DNA from: the human T2T-CHM13v2.0 reference genome, Homo sapiens
Direction: 5' to 3' (one strand)
Assembly (NCBI RefSeq): GCF_009914755.1
Contig: NC_060931.1
DNA length: 64,000 bases
Numbering within the stretch: position 1 is the stretch's first letter; each line of letters opens with the position of its first letter. Position numbers and translations under genes: made by a program. The notes under the pieces are model-generated. The model was not told the DNA's origin. It ran no database searches and was given only the letters and a program-made list of their open reading frames with translations. Below, piece after piece: positions 40,425 to 54,002 of the stretch.

Positions 40425-42709
40425 TTCTGTCTTCCAACAGTCCTATTTTTTCTCACTCAGGCTTATTATGAACATGTTATCTGCAGTGAAAATTATATGT
40501 AAAAGGTATGATAAATTGTGGAGCTATTTTATATTGACTTCTTAAATAGATTAGTGGAAGCCATTTCTTAATTGTGTTTGGATAAAAACACATCTTTTGC
40601 CTTATGCTTGACTTGGTTATATGCATTCAAATTTGACGTTGGTTTTCTTATCTTAGATTTTGTTTTTATAGAGGAAACTAGGTGAAAGAAACCTATAAAA
40701 ATGAATAATTAACTTAGATATTACATGTAAAACATAACTCATAATGCCCACATTATTGTCAATGATGATAGTATGACTTATACAGCTTAAAGGCATGGTT
40801 CTTATCTGTGGGGAGAAAATAAGAAATACTATTTTTTGTTATTGTATTGTGATAAAATTATAATAGTATGGAAATCTGAAATATAGATTGTTGAGTCCTG
40901 ACAAATGCACATACCTGTGCAAGCATCACTCCAATAAAGGTATAGACTTCTATCACCCTAGAAAGTTCCCCTATGCCCTTTTCCAGTCAGTCACCCTAGC
41001 CCACCTCCCCATAGGCAACCACTGTACTTTTAAAAAAATTTTTCATATCCTTTACAAGAGAGAGCTATTATGATTAGTAATTATTTCATGAGTACTTAGG
41101 AAATAATTGAGATACTCAAAAAAATTTAAAGTTGAATAGAAATTATTACTACTCTTTTAAAAATGTTATCTAAACAAGGGACCCCTACATTTTTTTAAAA
41201 AAAGAAATATTTGGGATAGAAGAATAATCCGATGCTACATTAGAAGACAGAATAGCCATTTTTGTTTTCTTTTTCAATTTTATTCAATTAAAATATCTGC
41301 TAATTAAATATCAAAACAAAGTTTGTTTTTGCAAAAGTGATATGAGTAGTAATGGGGTTTTACAATGAAAACATTTGCCTCCATCCTAGGTGGGAATTCG
41401 TAAAGGATGAAACCCTCCAATAAGAAGGAGCTTTCCTCAACAGACCAAGGTACATATTGGGTAGAATGAAAGATTTTTAAAAATTGAGTGTTGAATATGT
41501 AAGTATCTTCCCCAAAGAGAACTTGAGGTCCAGAAACAGAAATAATGTGTTATGCAATTTTTAGTGTTCTGCAGACTTTGAGGCTTAGGAAATATCTGCT
41601 TATCAAAAAGTTTGTTGCCTGAATATTTACCTTAAACACTAATTGGTGTGAACTTTTTCTGATGCCATGATGCCTAAACAAATACTATGAACAGAAGAAG
41701 AAAGAGTCCTTATTTTGAATTTCTACAGTTAGATGAATCAAGGAGATTGTGTGTGCTGGAATTAGATGGTGTGCATTGTCAAAATAAAAGACTGCATATT
41801 TAAATGCAAGCAGGAACCAGACTAATAGTATGTAGGTATGGAAATGGCCTTCTGGGAACCAGTGAGTACATGATTATCTAAATGGAGCACTCTCTAATCA
41901 GCTCCAGTTCATTGTAGCCATGAATAAATTATTATGAAGACCCACTTATAGACTGGAATTCAAATTTTTTACTGAAATAGAGTAAACCTCCCAAATAATA
42001 AAGATTGATAGCCAATTCATTTTTTAGTACCAAAGATAACTCTCTGGGCTCCAAAAATATTCATATGGAAAGTCATATTGGAACCCTTAGATTGCCAGCT
42101 GGAGGTACTATTCCAGATCAATAGAAAATATTCACAACAATATTCTACTCCTTAAGAAAAAATATTTAAAAAAATAGAAAGCTCACCAGGAACTATATAA
42201 CTCAAAGATACTAATTAGTGAATCTAGGAATGGAACCAAGATCGATTGCAGTTAAGGCTCATTCCTTTCATATTAGAACATGCTAGATAATAACATGGAA
42301 ACCTAGATAAGAAACAGTTTTAACTAGAAGAAGGGGTAGACAGCATGAAATTCTGTAAAGGCATCAAGTTAGAAGGGCTGAAGAATGTCTGTTGAAATTG
42401 GCCAATTTGAAGTCCTGCTTAACCAGAGCCAAGTTACAACAAATTCCACTTACGTGGAATGTGACATACAAATCCCTTCAACGACTCTCAGTGAAAGTTG
42501 TAATTAAAATGATACTGACTCCATCTCAACAATCACAGCTGCTTGCTGTTTTGATAAAGTATAACCATTTATAGGCTTCATGGTAGGATGTGAAAGGCAA
42601 GAAAAATATGACCAAGGTTAATAACAGAGGTTAACCTAGGAAATGCATCTGGGACATGTATTATAACGTGTAATCCATTTTCTCTAACAAAGCCACTTCA
42701 GTGAAGGCT

Positions 42710-43228
42710 ATTTGGTTAGATTTTGACAGGAAACAAAGGGTTTGAATGAAGAAATTTTAAAGATAGGCCTCCTTACAGAATTATATGCAGGGTTAAGAAA
42801 AAATAAAAAACAAATACCAACAAAAACAAGAGCACTGTATCCATAGCTAACAACAATCTGAAGTCCTTACTACATCTATGGTTGAATGGGCAAGAAGAGT
42901 AAACCATATCATCAGAGCACTTGAGATTGAAACCATGGAGAAGAGGGCATCTGCTGGGGGTGGGAGTTATTTAGAAATTCAACAAATACTTAAGGAAGGT
43001 GCCACAGCAAGGAAGAAGTAGAGCAGTAATACTCTAAATTTCTCTTCTGTTTTCTCTTTTCTCCTACCCTCTGATGTTCTGTGGTGCTCTACATTGGCAA
43101 AATCACATGGCAAGCCAGTCAGCAGGGGGTCCAGGTGAAGCAGATTCCAAGGTCTGCCTCTCATGACCCAAAACAGGGCAGGGAAAGGTGGAAAGCAGAT
43201 ACCTGGGGCCGAAAGAATGTAACCAGTA
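42710..43228 (-). mobile_element. ERVL LTR33-like
   Basis: CTCCTACCCTCTGATGTTCTG..CATTGGCAAAATC..AAGCCAG..GGTCTGCCTC..CAGGGCAGGGAAAGG pattern. Confidence 0.6.
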
Positions 43229-44260
43229 TAAGGAATTAGTATTTTCCTTCTAAACATGAGAGGAAAAATAGAAATCACTAGTACAGTTATGCATTTCTCT
43301 AACTCATTACATAATGCCTCTGTGTTTTATTTTAGACAAAAAGGATGTGTAATATTTGGAATTGTGTTCAACACATTGAAGTAGGTATATGTGATACTCA
43401 AATATGAGATGCACTATTTTCAATTTACTAAATATTTACTGTTTGACTTGCTATTACGAGATTTGTTCTGAGATGATTGGATATACTTGTTTACAATCAA
43501 AGGCAGAACAAAGAATAGGCTTGAAGTGCAAGATGAAGAATTTATTATTAGCACTAGTAAGACTATGACATTGTATTAAATATTTATCTGTGTGAGCTGA
43601 CTTAGATTAGTAAAACTACAGACAGAGATGAAAAATCAGGTTTCTTCACACCTAGGTTGTAATTTTTTCTAACGGATGTTCATCTAAAAATAGAAAGGCT
43701 AGAATTTAGTAATTCCTGCTCACAGGTCCAAAGAAATTTAATCTATTCATAATGTCAATTTATGAGAACAAATGTCATGGAAATAATTGCTTTAAGAATT
43801 TTTCCCCCATAAACATAAGCAAATAACAGGCTATCAGCATCTGTAATGTATACTTGCATGTGCCAGTATAGAATCACTCTGTGGGATTTGTTTATGAGCT
43901 TCAATGTCAAAACTACACTCAATAGAGGCGATTTCTAGAAAAAATTTAAATAGCAGGTTCTTATTTACCATATTTTACCATATATGACTGCACTACAAAT
44001 AAAAGACTAGACATTTTTTCCCACAAGTCATCTGAAAAATGCCATACAAATAAACCCTTTTCTCCCACCTGAAGAGTGTATTAGATTCCTGGGGTTATAC
44101 AAAATACCACAAACTGGGTGGCTGAAAACAACAGAAATTTCTAGGCTTACAATTCTGGTAACTGGAAGTCTGAAACAAGACTTCAGGGCCATCTTCTAGC
44201 TGAAATCTCTAGGGAGATCCTTCCTTCCTTGCCTCTTCCTATCCTTTATTGGCTTGCCAG

Positions 44261-45048
44261 CATATAGTCAAAGAGGGAAAGCTTCTCCTTTACCCTCTGA
44301 AGGTTTGCTGAAAATGAACTGACAAAAGGCAGCTTAATTGGAGAAAAGGACATACAAAATTTATCTAATGGCATAAACACTAGGGAATTGCAGAAGAATG
44401 ATTACCCAATAACTCAATGAGGTCCAGATGCTTATATACCCTACTTTATCTGGGATGGTGAGATGGGGGTTGTAGGATTAAGTCATTTTAGGTGAAAGTA
44501 ATGAGCACAAACGCAATGACCTGGGACTGTTTATCTGAGCTCTGGGGTAAGTGTTGGTAAGGCGAGGGGTGGAACTTCACTATAAGCAAATGTCGTATTA
44601 CGCAGATAAAGTCTCCCAGATAATCTCCTGAAGTTATTCACAAAAGAATAGACAAAAATTCTCTCTGAGTGTGAGGAAAATGCCCAGTCTGTTCTCTTCT
44701 CTGGTGGTTAATCTTCACTGATTATTTGATAAGATCACTAAGGAGGGAGGGGGTCTTAACACAATTGTATTTCTTTTGGGGAGAAGTTATTTTAGTCAGA
44801 TAAGGAAATTCCAGTAAAGTCTCTCCCAGCGCTTTGGGGGGAAAAAAAAAGAATTGGCAATTTGTAGGTGGCAGGAATGGGTGAGGAATGGTTGGGGGGG
44901 TGGGGAGGTAGGAGTAGAGGGTGTTAGGGAGCCAGAGAGACACTTTGGTTCTGAAGCTGGTTTCTGAAGCCTTTTAATTTTCTATAATTAAAAGCACTCA
45001 GCATTCCAAAGCCTGATATTTTGGAGTATTGTTTTGTGCACCCCAACA
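44261..45048 (-). mobile_element. Solo MER39/MER34-group ERV1 LTR inside MLT1
   Basis: Minus strand starts TGTTGGGGTGCACAAAACAATACTCCAAAATA; 4-bp TSD CCAG at 44257-44260 and 45049-45052. Confidence 0.8.
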
Positions 45049-45244
45049 CCAGGAATCTTTGGATTTCCTTGCCTTGCAACTGCACAACTCCAGTACTTGC
45101 CTTCCTCATCACGTGGCCTTCTCCTTGTGTGTCTCTTGTCACATGGTTATTTTCTTCTAAGAACACAAGGCAAATTGAATTAGAGATCCACCCTACTCCA
45201 TCATGGCCTAATTTTAACTTAACTAATTATATTTGCAAGAGCCC

Positions 45245-45603
45245 TGTCTTAGTCCATTTTGTGCTGCCATAACAAAGTACTTGAGACCGGGTAATTTACT
45301 AAAAGCCAAAATTTATTTCCTCACCATACTGGAGGCTGGGAATTCTAAGATTAAAACGCTTACATCTGGCCATTGTCTTCTTGCTCATCATCACAATGAC
45401 AGAAGACATGACATGGCAAAAGGACAAAGAGAAAGAGAGTAAGACAGGGTGAACCCACTCCCTCAATAATGGCATTAGTGCATTCATGAAGAAGCCTCAT
45501 GACCTTAACACCTCTTACAAGTTCCACCTCCCAATACCATCACAATGGAAATAATTCAATTTTAACATGAGTTTTGGAGGAGACAAACATTAAATCAATA
45601 GCA
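45245..45603 (-). mobile_element. MST-family MaLR LTR inside MLT1
   Basis: TGTCTTAGTCCATTTTGTGCTGCCATAACA..CATGAGTTTTGGAGGAGACAAACATT..ATAGCA. Confidence 0.88.
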
Positions 45604-46249
45604 GACATTATTACCAAATAAGGTCAGATTCTAAGGTATAGGGATTAGGACTTCAAAATATCTTTTAGGGGGACACATTTCAATCCACAACAAAGAGTAA
45701 GGAATGAAATTTTAAGCACATGTCTAGAAATGGACACTGAATAAGTTCTTATAAAATAGTTCTATCATCATTCTATTTTTTTTAACAAAAACCACTTCTA
45801 ATGTTTGTTCGAATAACTTTTGATAGTTGATTCAAAAGTAGCCATTTGAAATATAAACTAAATAGTATTTTAATGCATTCAGTAATCAAAAGCTACTTTA
45901 ATTTTCTATCACCATCCCATTTTATTGGCAAGTTGTCTTGGTATTAGAAATACTTAGAGTTTTAGGAGGATTAATTGGGATAAATCAAGATAGGATAATA
46001 TTGGAGGAAGAAGATTAGTTTTAGTGTGTTGCTATAATTCAGGCTATAAGAAATAGGGCCTAATTTAGACTTAAAAAAAGGAATAGAAAGGAGGTGACAT
46101 GATATGGTGTGGAATATTCTGGCGTTAATATGTTAGTTCTATTAAAAGATTGTGCATTAGCTAAAAATCTTTGAAAAAATCAAGTTTCATTTTTGATAGA
46201 AAAGTAAAAAGGAACTTTATTAGATAGGCAGTTCAAACATCTAGGAAAA

Positions 46250-47520
46250 TACTTATTCATCCTTTCACCCATTTATTGGATGAATAGTTATTGATGATTT
46301 CTGCAGGCCAGACAGGATAAAACTATGGCTATGAATAAAACAAGCCTACTTGGATTAAACATTTTTATAGAGTAAGATGAACAAGAAACCTATGATATAT
46401 TTGTGGCAAAGAATGTAAAACATATGCAGGATAAGGGGAATGAGAGTGCTTAGGTTGGGAGTAGGAGGATTGCTCTTTTACAAAGAAGGGAATGGCTTTT
46501 CTGATCAAGTGACTTGAGAAGAAAACTGAAGGAAGGGAGTGAGCCTGCCATAAGGATACCTGGGGAGAATGCTAGCAGGAAATGGGAAATTAGCAAGGCC
46601 CTGGAGGGAAAGCAGGTTCAAGGGACAGCAAGGAGGCCACTGTGTTTGGAACACAGTAAGCAAGACAGGAGTGCCCTTGAATGACACTGGAAGCATAAAC
46701 AGGCCTTGTAGAGCACTGTAAGGACACTGACTTTGAATTTGCCTCAATTAAGCAGCAGTTTTTAAGAGGTGCAGATGCTGTTGTCACCTTAGAGAGGAAA
46801 CACTGCAGGTCGTTGAAATAATCATGGGAACAGAAGCTTCAGCCAGCACCTCCACCGCTACTGTTTCTGAAAGCTCAATTACTCTGCCACCCTTAATCAA
46901 TTCTAAATGTCATGTTTTCATTCACTTTATTCTCTCTAAATTTAAGTCTCTGATGGCTGTGTCTGATTGTGAGAGTTTAGGTCACAAGCCCTTGAAAGGC
47001 TATGGTAAAAGTTTCAGGCTTTCACCTTGAGGTGGGTCTCAAAGAGCAGAAATCCCCAAATATGGAAAGCATGGTCAAAGCATAACAAATGTCCTGTACA
47101 TATTGAAGGTTGAGGGAAAAGGAAAACTCAGAGTTAACCCTGAGTATTTGAGTCAAAGAGTTTAGGACGTTAGTTGTAACTTGAGCAAAAGTGTTGGAAG
47201 AAGAGTGTGTTTGTGGAAAATGAGATGAATTTAATTTAGAATAAGGAAAATTTAAGGCAACATAGACCAAGTAGAATTACGCACCTAAGAAGTGACAATG
47301 AATATGGACAGAAGGATGAAACTGAGGTTTGATGAAAACATAGATTTTGAAGCCAAATTCATAGATTTACACATTGTCCATGGCCAATATATATTCTTTT
47401 TGGAAATTAAGCACTGACAATTTAACAATTGGTGAATGGAAGTACTCACTACATTTGTTGCTGTCAATGGTGGGGTGGGAGTAGCAAGAGAATATGATGG
47501 ATCTGAATACACTAAGGTGA
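46250..47520 (-). mobile_element. L2 fragments with an intervening old repeat
   Basis: GAAGGGAGTGAGCCTGCC..GCAAGGCCCTGGAG..CAGCAAGGAGGCCACTGTG..GTAAGGACACTGACTTT. Boundaries approximate. Confidence 0.65.
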
Positions 47521-48169
47521 AAAAAGAAGAAATTGAGAGCAAGAGTGATATAGTATGACACAGAAATTAAACATTCAAAAGGAAGAAGAGATAGTAAAAG
47601 GAAGAAGAGATAGTTAAAAAGGGGATTAGATAAAAAAGCATTGTGTTTTATTTTTGGTTCAAAAAGAAAGATGTCTTCTTCTGCAAAGTAGGTATACAAA
47701 CATATTTTTTTCAATAAGAAAACATTTTAAATTTTTTTAAATTTAAAATTAAAATTTGTTTAAAAATTATTTTATAAAGAAGAAAATTGTTTAAAAGGAA
47801 GAAACAAATTTCAACTGGAGATATGGGAATTTCAGAAAATATACAACCTTATTTATTTGTATTATACAATCATACATACTACTTGTTATAAAATGCAAAT
47901 TACATAGAAATGTTTAAAACATTGCAAAAAGGAAAATGCCTTCATCAAAAACTTTTTTTTATCCTATCCTAACCCTTTCCCGAAGGCTAAGTACATTGTT
48001 AAAAGTTCACTATGCATTTGTAAGGGCGTGCATATTTGTATATACGTGTATGTACATTTACATAGTCACATGAGAAACTTGCATATTAGAATCAATGGGT
48101 TTGTGACTAATATAAATATTAAGAAATATTAAAACAACACACACTATTTTTTCAAACTTTATTAGCCCT

Positions 48170-48510
48170 GTTAAGAGTATGTCAGGTTGCAATAAGAAAT
48201 TAATTCCCAAATTTGAATAGATTAATAAAACAGATTTATTTCTCACTTAGGTAATAGTATAATGCAAGTGAGTCAGGAACTCTATTACATAAATAAAGTC
48301 ATTCAGCACCTCCGACTGACAAAGATTCCACTTTTTGTAGTTGTATCACTTAAAACATGTAGCCTCTTTTCTAGGCTTCAGCCAGGAAGTAGCACGCTTT
48401 ACTTCCCTTTACAGCACACATTGGGCAGAACTGGTCATATTTTCTTGCCTTACTACAATGGTACAGAGATATGTTGGAAAGCACATTTGTAGTCACCAAG
48501 CAGTAAACAA
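48170..48510 (-). mobile_element. Old MLT1 (J/K/L-like) LTR fragment
   Basis: GATTTATTTCTCACTT..AGTCATTCAG..CATTGGGCAGAACTGGTCA pattern. Confidence 0.55.
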
Positions 48511-48546
48511 CTCTCACATGCTGACTCACAAGCACATCATACTACT

Positions 48547-48980
48547 TGTCACGTGTGTCCGTGTGAAGAGACCACCAAACAGGCTTTGTGTGAGCAATAA
48601 ACTGTTTTAATCACCCGGGTGCAGGCGGTCTGAGTCCGAAAAGAGTGTTAGAGAAGGGATATAGGGCTGGGGCCGTTTTATAGGATTTGGGTGGGTAGTA
48701 GAAAATTACAGTCAAAGGGGGTTGTTCTCTAATGGGGAGGGGCAGGGGTCACAAGGTGCTCAGTTGGGGAGCTTCTGAGCCAAGAGAAGGAATTTCACAA
48801 GGTTAATTGCTCAGTTAAGGTGGGGCAGAAACAAATCACAGTGGTGGAATGTCATCAGTTAGGGCAGAAACTAGCCATTTTCACTTCTTTTGTGATTCTT
48901 CACTTGCTTCAGGCCATCTGGATGTATACGTGCAGGTCACAGGGCATATGATGGCTTAGCTTGGGCTCAGAGGCCTGACA
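48547..48980 (-). promoter_or_regulatory. 3' LTR of HERV-H #2 (434 bp)
   Basis: TGTCAGGCC..GTGACA; preceded by polypurine tract AAGAAGACAGGAA (48993-48981); ATTAAA at 48611-48606. Confidence 0.96.
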
Positions 48981-49009
48981 TTCCTGTCTTCTTATATTAA
49001 TAAGAAAAA

Positions 49010-49710
49010 TAACATAAAATAGTGTTGAAGTGTTGGGGCAGCAAAAATTTTTTTGTGGTGGTATGGAGGGATAATGGGCGATGTTTCTCAGGGCTACTTC
49101 GAGCAGGATTAGGGAACCTAGAGTGGGAGAGATTAAGCTGAAGGAAGATTTTGTGGTAAGGGATAATATTGTGGGGTTGTTAGAAGGAGCATTTGTCATA
49201 TAGAATGATTGGTGATGGCCTGGATACGGTTTTGGATGAATTGAGAAACTAAACGGAAGACACAGGGTCTGGATAAGGGAAGGAGAAAAACAGATATTAG
49301 AGGACTAAGAATTGGGAGGACCAAGGACAACCAATTAGAGAGTGCCTAAGAGGGTTCAGCATAATTACTTGCTTGGTTGGCAAGTTTAGCTCTATCCTTG
49401 AGTTTTTTTATGTTGTCATACACCAGGCAAGATTTATTTAGGTAAAAACAACACTTTTCATTTAAAAATATACACAGTCCTTTTTTTTTTTTTTTTTTTT
49501 TTGCAGTGAGTAAGTTGAGGCCTCGGTGATTTTGGAGGAAGAGAAATGCAAAGCCAGCAATTGTTTGTTAAAGAAGGATTAGAAACAGCTAGGAGAGACT
49601 GAGAGAGATTGATAGTGTGGTGGAGATAGCTGGGGAGAAGTAGAGGGTGGCATAAGAACGGGAATGAGAAAAAGAATGTGTATAAAAGTAAAGAATAGGA
49701 CTTCATCAGG
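49010..49710 (-). pseudogene. env: HERV-H #2 env remnant (mostly deleted)
   Basis: ORF 49706..49458 contains HHTINLSQSLLAVSNPSLTNNCWLCISL with the gamma-type SU CWLC motif. Confidence 0.8.
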
Positions 49711-49749
49711 GTGAAAGTACTGGAGTGTACCCTGTCAGCAAAGATTATC

Positions 49750-52200
49750 TACTTTAAGAGAGACTTAAGGGTGGAGGTTTGAGGTAAAACCAAGAGATGT
49801 CAGTTATGATGGTTTGAAGGAAAAGTATAAACTGGCAATGTAAACAAGGGCAGGGTATTTATGAGTAGTTGAGAATGGTGAATAGGAGCATGACTAGACA
49901 GAAGATAGTAGGGATGACAAGTTTTTGGGGTGCAGTTCAAGTTGGGGCAGTGTCAGGAATGAGACTGGGGCCTAATAAAATGGAGTGTCCATACAGGAGC
50001 TTAAATGGGCTGTACCCTGTAGCACCCCAAGGACAGACCTGAATTCTGAGAAGGGCAAGGGGTAAAAGTATTGTCCAGTCCTTTTTAAGTTGGAGGCTGA
50101 GCTTGGTGAGGTGTGTTTTTAAAAGACCATTAGTCTGTTTTACCTTTCCTGAAGACTGAGGATGGTAAGTGGTATGAGGGTTCCACTGAATACCAACAGC
50201 CTGAGAAACTGCTTGGGTGATTTGACTAATAAAGGCTGGTCCGTTATCGGACTGTATAGAGGTGGGAAGGCCAAATCGAGGAATTATATCTGACAGAAGG
50301 GAAGAAATGATTGTGGTGGCCTTCTCAGACCCTGTGGGAAAGGCCTCTAATCATCCAGTGAAAGCGTCCACCCAGACCAAGAACTATTTTAGTTTCCTGA
50401 CTCCAGGCATGTGAGTAAAGTCAATTTGCCAGTCCTGGGCAGGGGTGAATCCCCAAGCTTGATGTGTAGGGAAGGGAGGTGGCCTGAGAAATTCCTGAGG
50501 AGTAGTAGAATAGCAGATGGAACACTGAGAAGTGATTTTTTGAGGATAGATTTTTATGATGGAGAGGGAAAGAGAGGTTTTAAGAGGCAGGCTAGCGGCT
50601 TGTAACTTGCATGGAAGAGGTTATGAAATGATGACAGAATAGAATGGGCCTGTGAGGCTAGAAGGAGATATTTTCCTTGGTCCAAGAACTATTTGCCTTG
50701 TGTTGGAAGAGATTGATAGGTGGAAGTTTCAGTTGGGGAGTAGGTGGGAGTGACTGATGAGAAGGAGAAAAACTGGCTGTGAGAGACAGAAGTTGGAATG
50801 CTAGCTGCTTCTTTAGCTACTTTATCAGCATAAGTGTTGCCCTGAGCAATGGGATCTGATGCCTTCTTGATGGCCTTTGCAATGAATGACTCCAGCTTCC
50901 TTTGGAAGTAAAGCGGCCTTGAGAAGAGTTTTTATTAAAGAGGCATTAAGGATGGAGGACTTTTGCGAAGTGAAGAAACCTCTTTTTGCCCATTTAACAG
51001 AATGGTGGTGCAGGATATGGAAGGCATATTTAGAGTCAGTATAAATATTGACACGTAGTCCTTTTGCAAGAGTGAGGGCTCGAGTTAAGGCAATGAGTTC
51101 GGCTTGCTGAGAGGTAGTGGAGGGGGGCAGAAAGTATATGCATCAGGTGTGAGGAAGAAAATAGATTTTGGAAGTTATAAGAACTGTAGAGAGTGAGTTG
51201 AGCATAGTTTGTGATTTTGAGGGCCTCTAAAAGTATTAAAGCAGCAGCAGCTGCTGCATACAGACATGAGGGCTAGGCTAAAACAGTAAGATCAAGTTGT
51301 TTGGACAGAAAGGCTACAGGGTGTGGTCCTGGCTCTTGTGTAAGAACTCCGACTGCACAGCCCTGCACTTCAGCTTTGTGTAATGAAAAGGGAGTGATGA
51401 GTTAGGGAGAGCTAGTGTGGGAGCTGTTTTTTAAGGAATGGAAAGGGGAGTGGGGAAAGGATTTAGGATTTATGGGGTCAGCTAGGTTTATCTAGAACAG
51501 AATAATGGGTTGTAGAGGGAGGTATTGAGAATAGGAGAGTATATGGGTTTGGCACCATGGGGTGGATAGGAAAAATAATTTGGTTGATAAGGTGCAGATC
51601 CTGAACTAACCTGTAAGGCTTGTCCGTTTTTAGGACAGGTAAAATGGGGGAATTGTAAGGAGAGTTTATAGGCTTTAAAAGGCCATGCTGTAACAGGTCA
51701 GTGATAACAAGCTTTAATCCTTTTAAAGCATACTGTGGGATGGGATATTGGCATTGAGCAGGGTAAGGGTGATTAGGTTTTAATGGGATGGTAAGGGGTG
51801 CATGATTCGTCATCAAGGAGGGAGTAGAGGTGTCCCATACTTGTGGGTTAAGGTGGGGAGATACAAGGGGAGGATGTGAAGGAGGCTTTGAACTGGGGAA
51901 AAGGGCAGCAATGAGGTATGGCTGTAGCCTAGGAATAGTCAGGAAAACAGATAATTTTGTTAAAATATCTCAGCCTAATAAGGGGACTGGGCAGGTGGGG
52001 ATAACTAAAAAGGAGTGCATAAAAGAATATTGTCCAAGTTGGCACCAGATTTGGGGAATTTTAAGAGGTTTAGAAGACTGGCCGTCAATACCCACAACAG
52101 TTATGGAGGCAAGAGAAACAAGCCCTTGAAGGTAATGTGGAGTGGGTAGCCTCCATATTGATTAAGAAGGGGTTGGACTTATCCTCCGCAGTAAGAGTTA
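49750..52200 (-). pseudogene. pol: HERV-H #2 pro-pol remnant
   Basis: RT N-terminus SPYNSPILPV..YRLVQDL..YSVLD (51816..51478); RNase H TTSQQAELIALTRAL..VNIYTDSKYAF (about 51120-51020); integrase-like sequence downstream. Confidence 0.9.
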
Positions 52201-52289
52201 CCAGAAGCATCTGTGATGGTCCAGGAGGCTTCCGAGGTGATCACGCAGTGTCAGTCTTCAGCCGCTAAGCTGAGAAGATCTGGGAAGAA

Positions 52290-53350
52290 GTCAGTCAGAG
52301 CCTTGGGCCAGTTGGACAGTTCAATTTCCAGTGGGGTCCTGCACAGATGGGACACGGCTTAGGAGGACTCCCGGGCTGCGGGCATTCCTTGGCCCAGTGG
52401 CCAGATTTCTGGCACTTGAAGCAAGATCCTGGGGGAGGAAGTCCTGAAGGAATGCCTGACTGCTGTGGCTTAGGTGTTTTGAAGTTCTTGTGCACTGCAG
52501 CTGTGGTTGAGGTTTCTCTCATAGTGGAGGCAAGTAATTGCAACTCTTCTTTATTATTGTACACCTTGAAGGTGAGGTTAAGTCCTGTTGTGGGGTTTGA
52601 GAGCTAGAATTTAATTTTTGGAGCTTTATTTAATGTTGGGAGCGGATTGGGTAATAAAATGCATATTGAGAATAAGACTGCCTTCTGACCCTTCAGGGTC
52701 TAGGGCTATAAAGCGTCTAAGGGTTGTTGTCAAATGGGCCATAAACTGGGCTGGGTTTTTATATCTGATGAAAAAGAGCCTAAATGCTAACTGATTTGGG
52801 AGAGGTTGGTTAAAGAAAAAGAAGCATTAACTTTGACTATGCCTTTAGCTCCAGCCACCTCTTTAAGAGAAAATTGTTGGGCAGGTGGGGGAGGGCTAGT
52901 AACAGAATGGAACTGTAAGCTGGACTGGGTTTGGGGAGGGGAGGTGATAGAAGGATTATAGGGTGGAGGAGCAAAAGCTGAGGAAGAATTGGAGCCTGAT
53001 TCAGCCTGGCGGGGAGCGACCTGAGGAGCAGTCTGGGGATGAGGGGAGAGGTCAGATGGGTCTGTAGAAAAGGAAGATTGAAAAGACACAGTGACGCTTG
53101 GGGTTGGGTTGGGACTGAGGGGAAAGGTGGGAGGGAAAGAAGGATGATTTGGGATGAGTCACATTGGGAACAGAGACTAGGGAGGGATCAATGTGTAAAA
53201 GAATGGCTGGATGTCAGACACCTCAGACCGTTTTCCCATTTTACAAGAATTATCTAGATCTTGTAGGATGGAAAAATCGAAAGTGCCTTTTTCTGGCTAT
53301 TTGGAACCATTGTCGAGTTTGTATGGGGGTTAAGCGGCATTGCAGAAGAA
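52290..53350 (-). pseudogene. gag: HERV-H #2 gag remnant
   Basis: Two intact CCHC knuckles, CFKCQKSGHWAKEC and CPICAGPHWKLNC; PPPY late-domain motif in ORF 53089..52787. Confidence 0.9.
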
Positions 53351-53982
53351 AATAAGGCATTTAGGTTATAGGTCAGGTGTGAGTTGAAGACGTTTTAAGT
53401 TCTTAAGAATACTGGATAAGGGAGAAGAAGGAGGAATGGAGGGTGGAAAGTTGCCTATAGTGAAGGAGGCAAGCCCAGAGAAAAGAGAGGGTAGAGACAT
53501 GGAGAAAAGGGGTGGGGGGTGCTTGCCCCCCAGGAAAGTGGTGCTTGCCACTAAGGGTGAAGGATCAAGGGAGGTGTCCCCGCAGTGATCAGACACTTCT
53601 GCAATGTGGGTGAATAATCTAGCAGGCATCCCTGCAGTGATTAAACACCAAGGGAAGACTGTCTTCCCGAGTGTGTGACCGGCGCCAGAGTTTTGGGTTC
53701 ACAGATAAAATGCGTCTCCTCTGTCTCTACCAGAAAAGGAAAGGAGCTGAAATTAAGAGAAGGGAGAGATTGAAGGATGGCACCAAGATTGAAAAGAGAA
53801 AGAGGTTGAGGGATAGTGAGGGAGGTTGGAGAAGAGAGTAAAAAGAGGCCGCTTACCAGATTTAAAATTGGTGAGATATTCCTTGGGCTGATTGGTCTGA
53901 GGGCCAGAGGTCGTAGGTGGATCTTTCTCACAGAGCAAAGAGCAGGAGGACACGGGACTGATCTCCCAAGTGCGGTCCCCCA

Positions 53983-54000
53983 ATTCAAGTCACAGCACCA
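53983..54000 (-). other. Decayed tRNA-His PBS (HERV-H #2)
   Basis: TGGTGCTGTGACTTGAAT, 15/18 match to the HERV-H PBS. Confidence 0.9.
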
Positions 54001-54002
54001 AA

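Larger units (their letters stand above)
44077..45692 (-). mobile_element. MLT1(B/C-like) LTR split by two younger LTRs
   Basis: TGTATTAG..ACCACAAACTGGGTGGC start and GGACACATTTCAATCCACAACA end; perfect 5-bp TSD AAGAG at 44072-44076 and 45693-45697. Confidence 0.88.

Noticed and set aside
49481-49502. Poly-T run inside HERV-H #2 env as a separate retro-insertion
   Set aside because: No TSD or attached body; more simply a slippage expansion of a short T-run.
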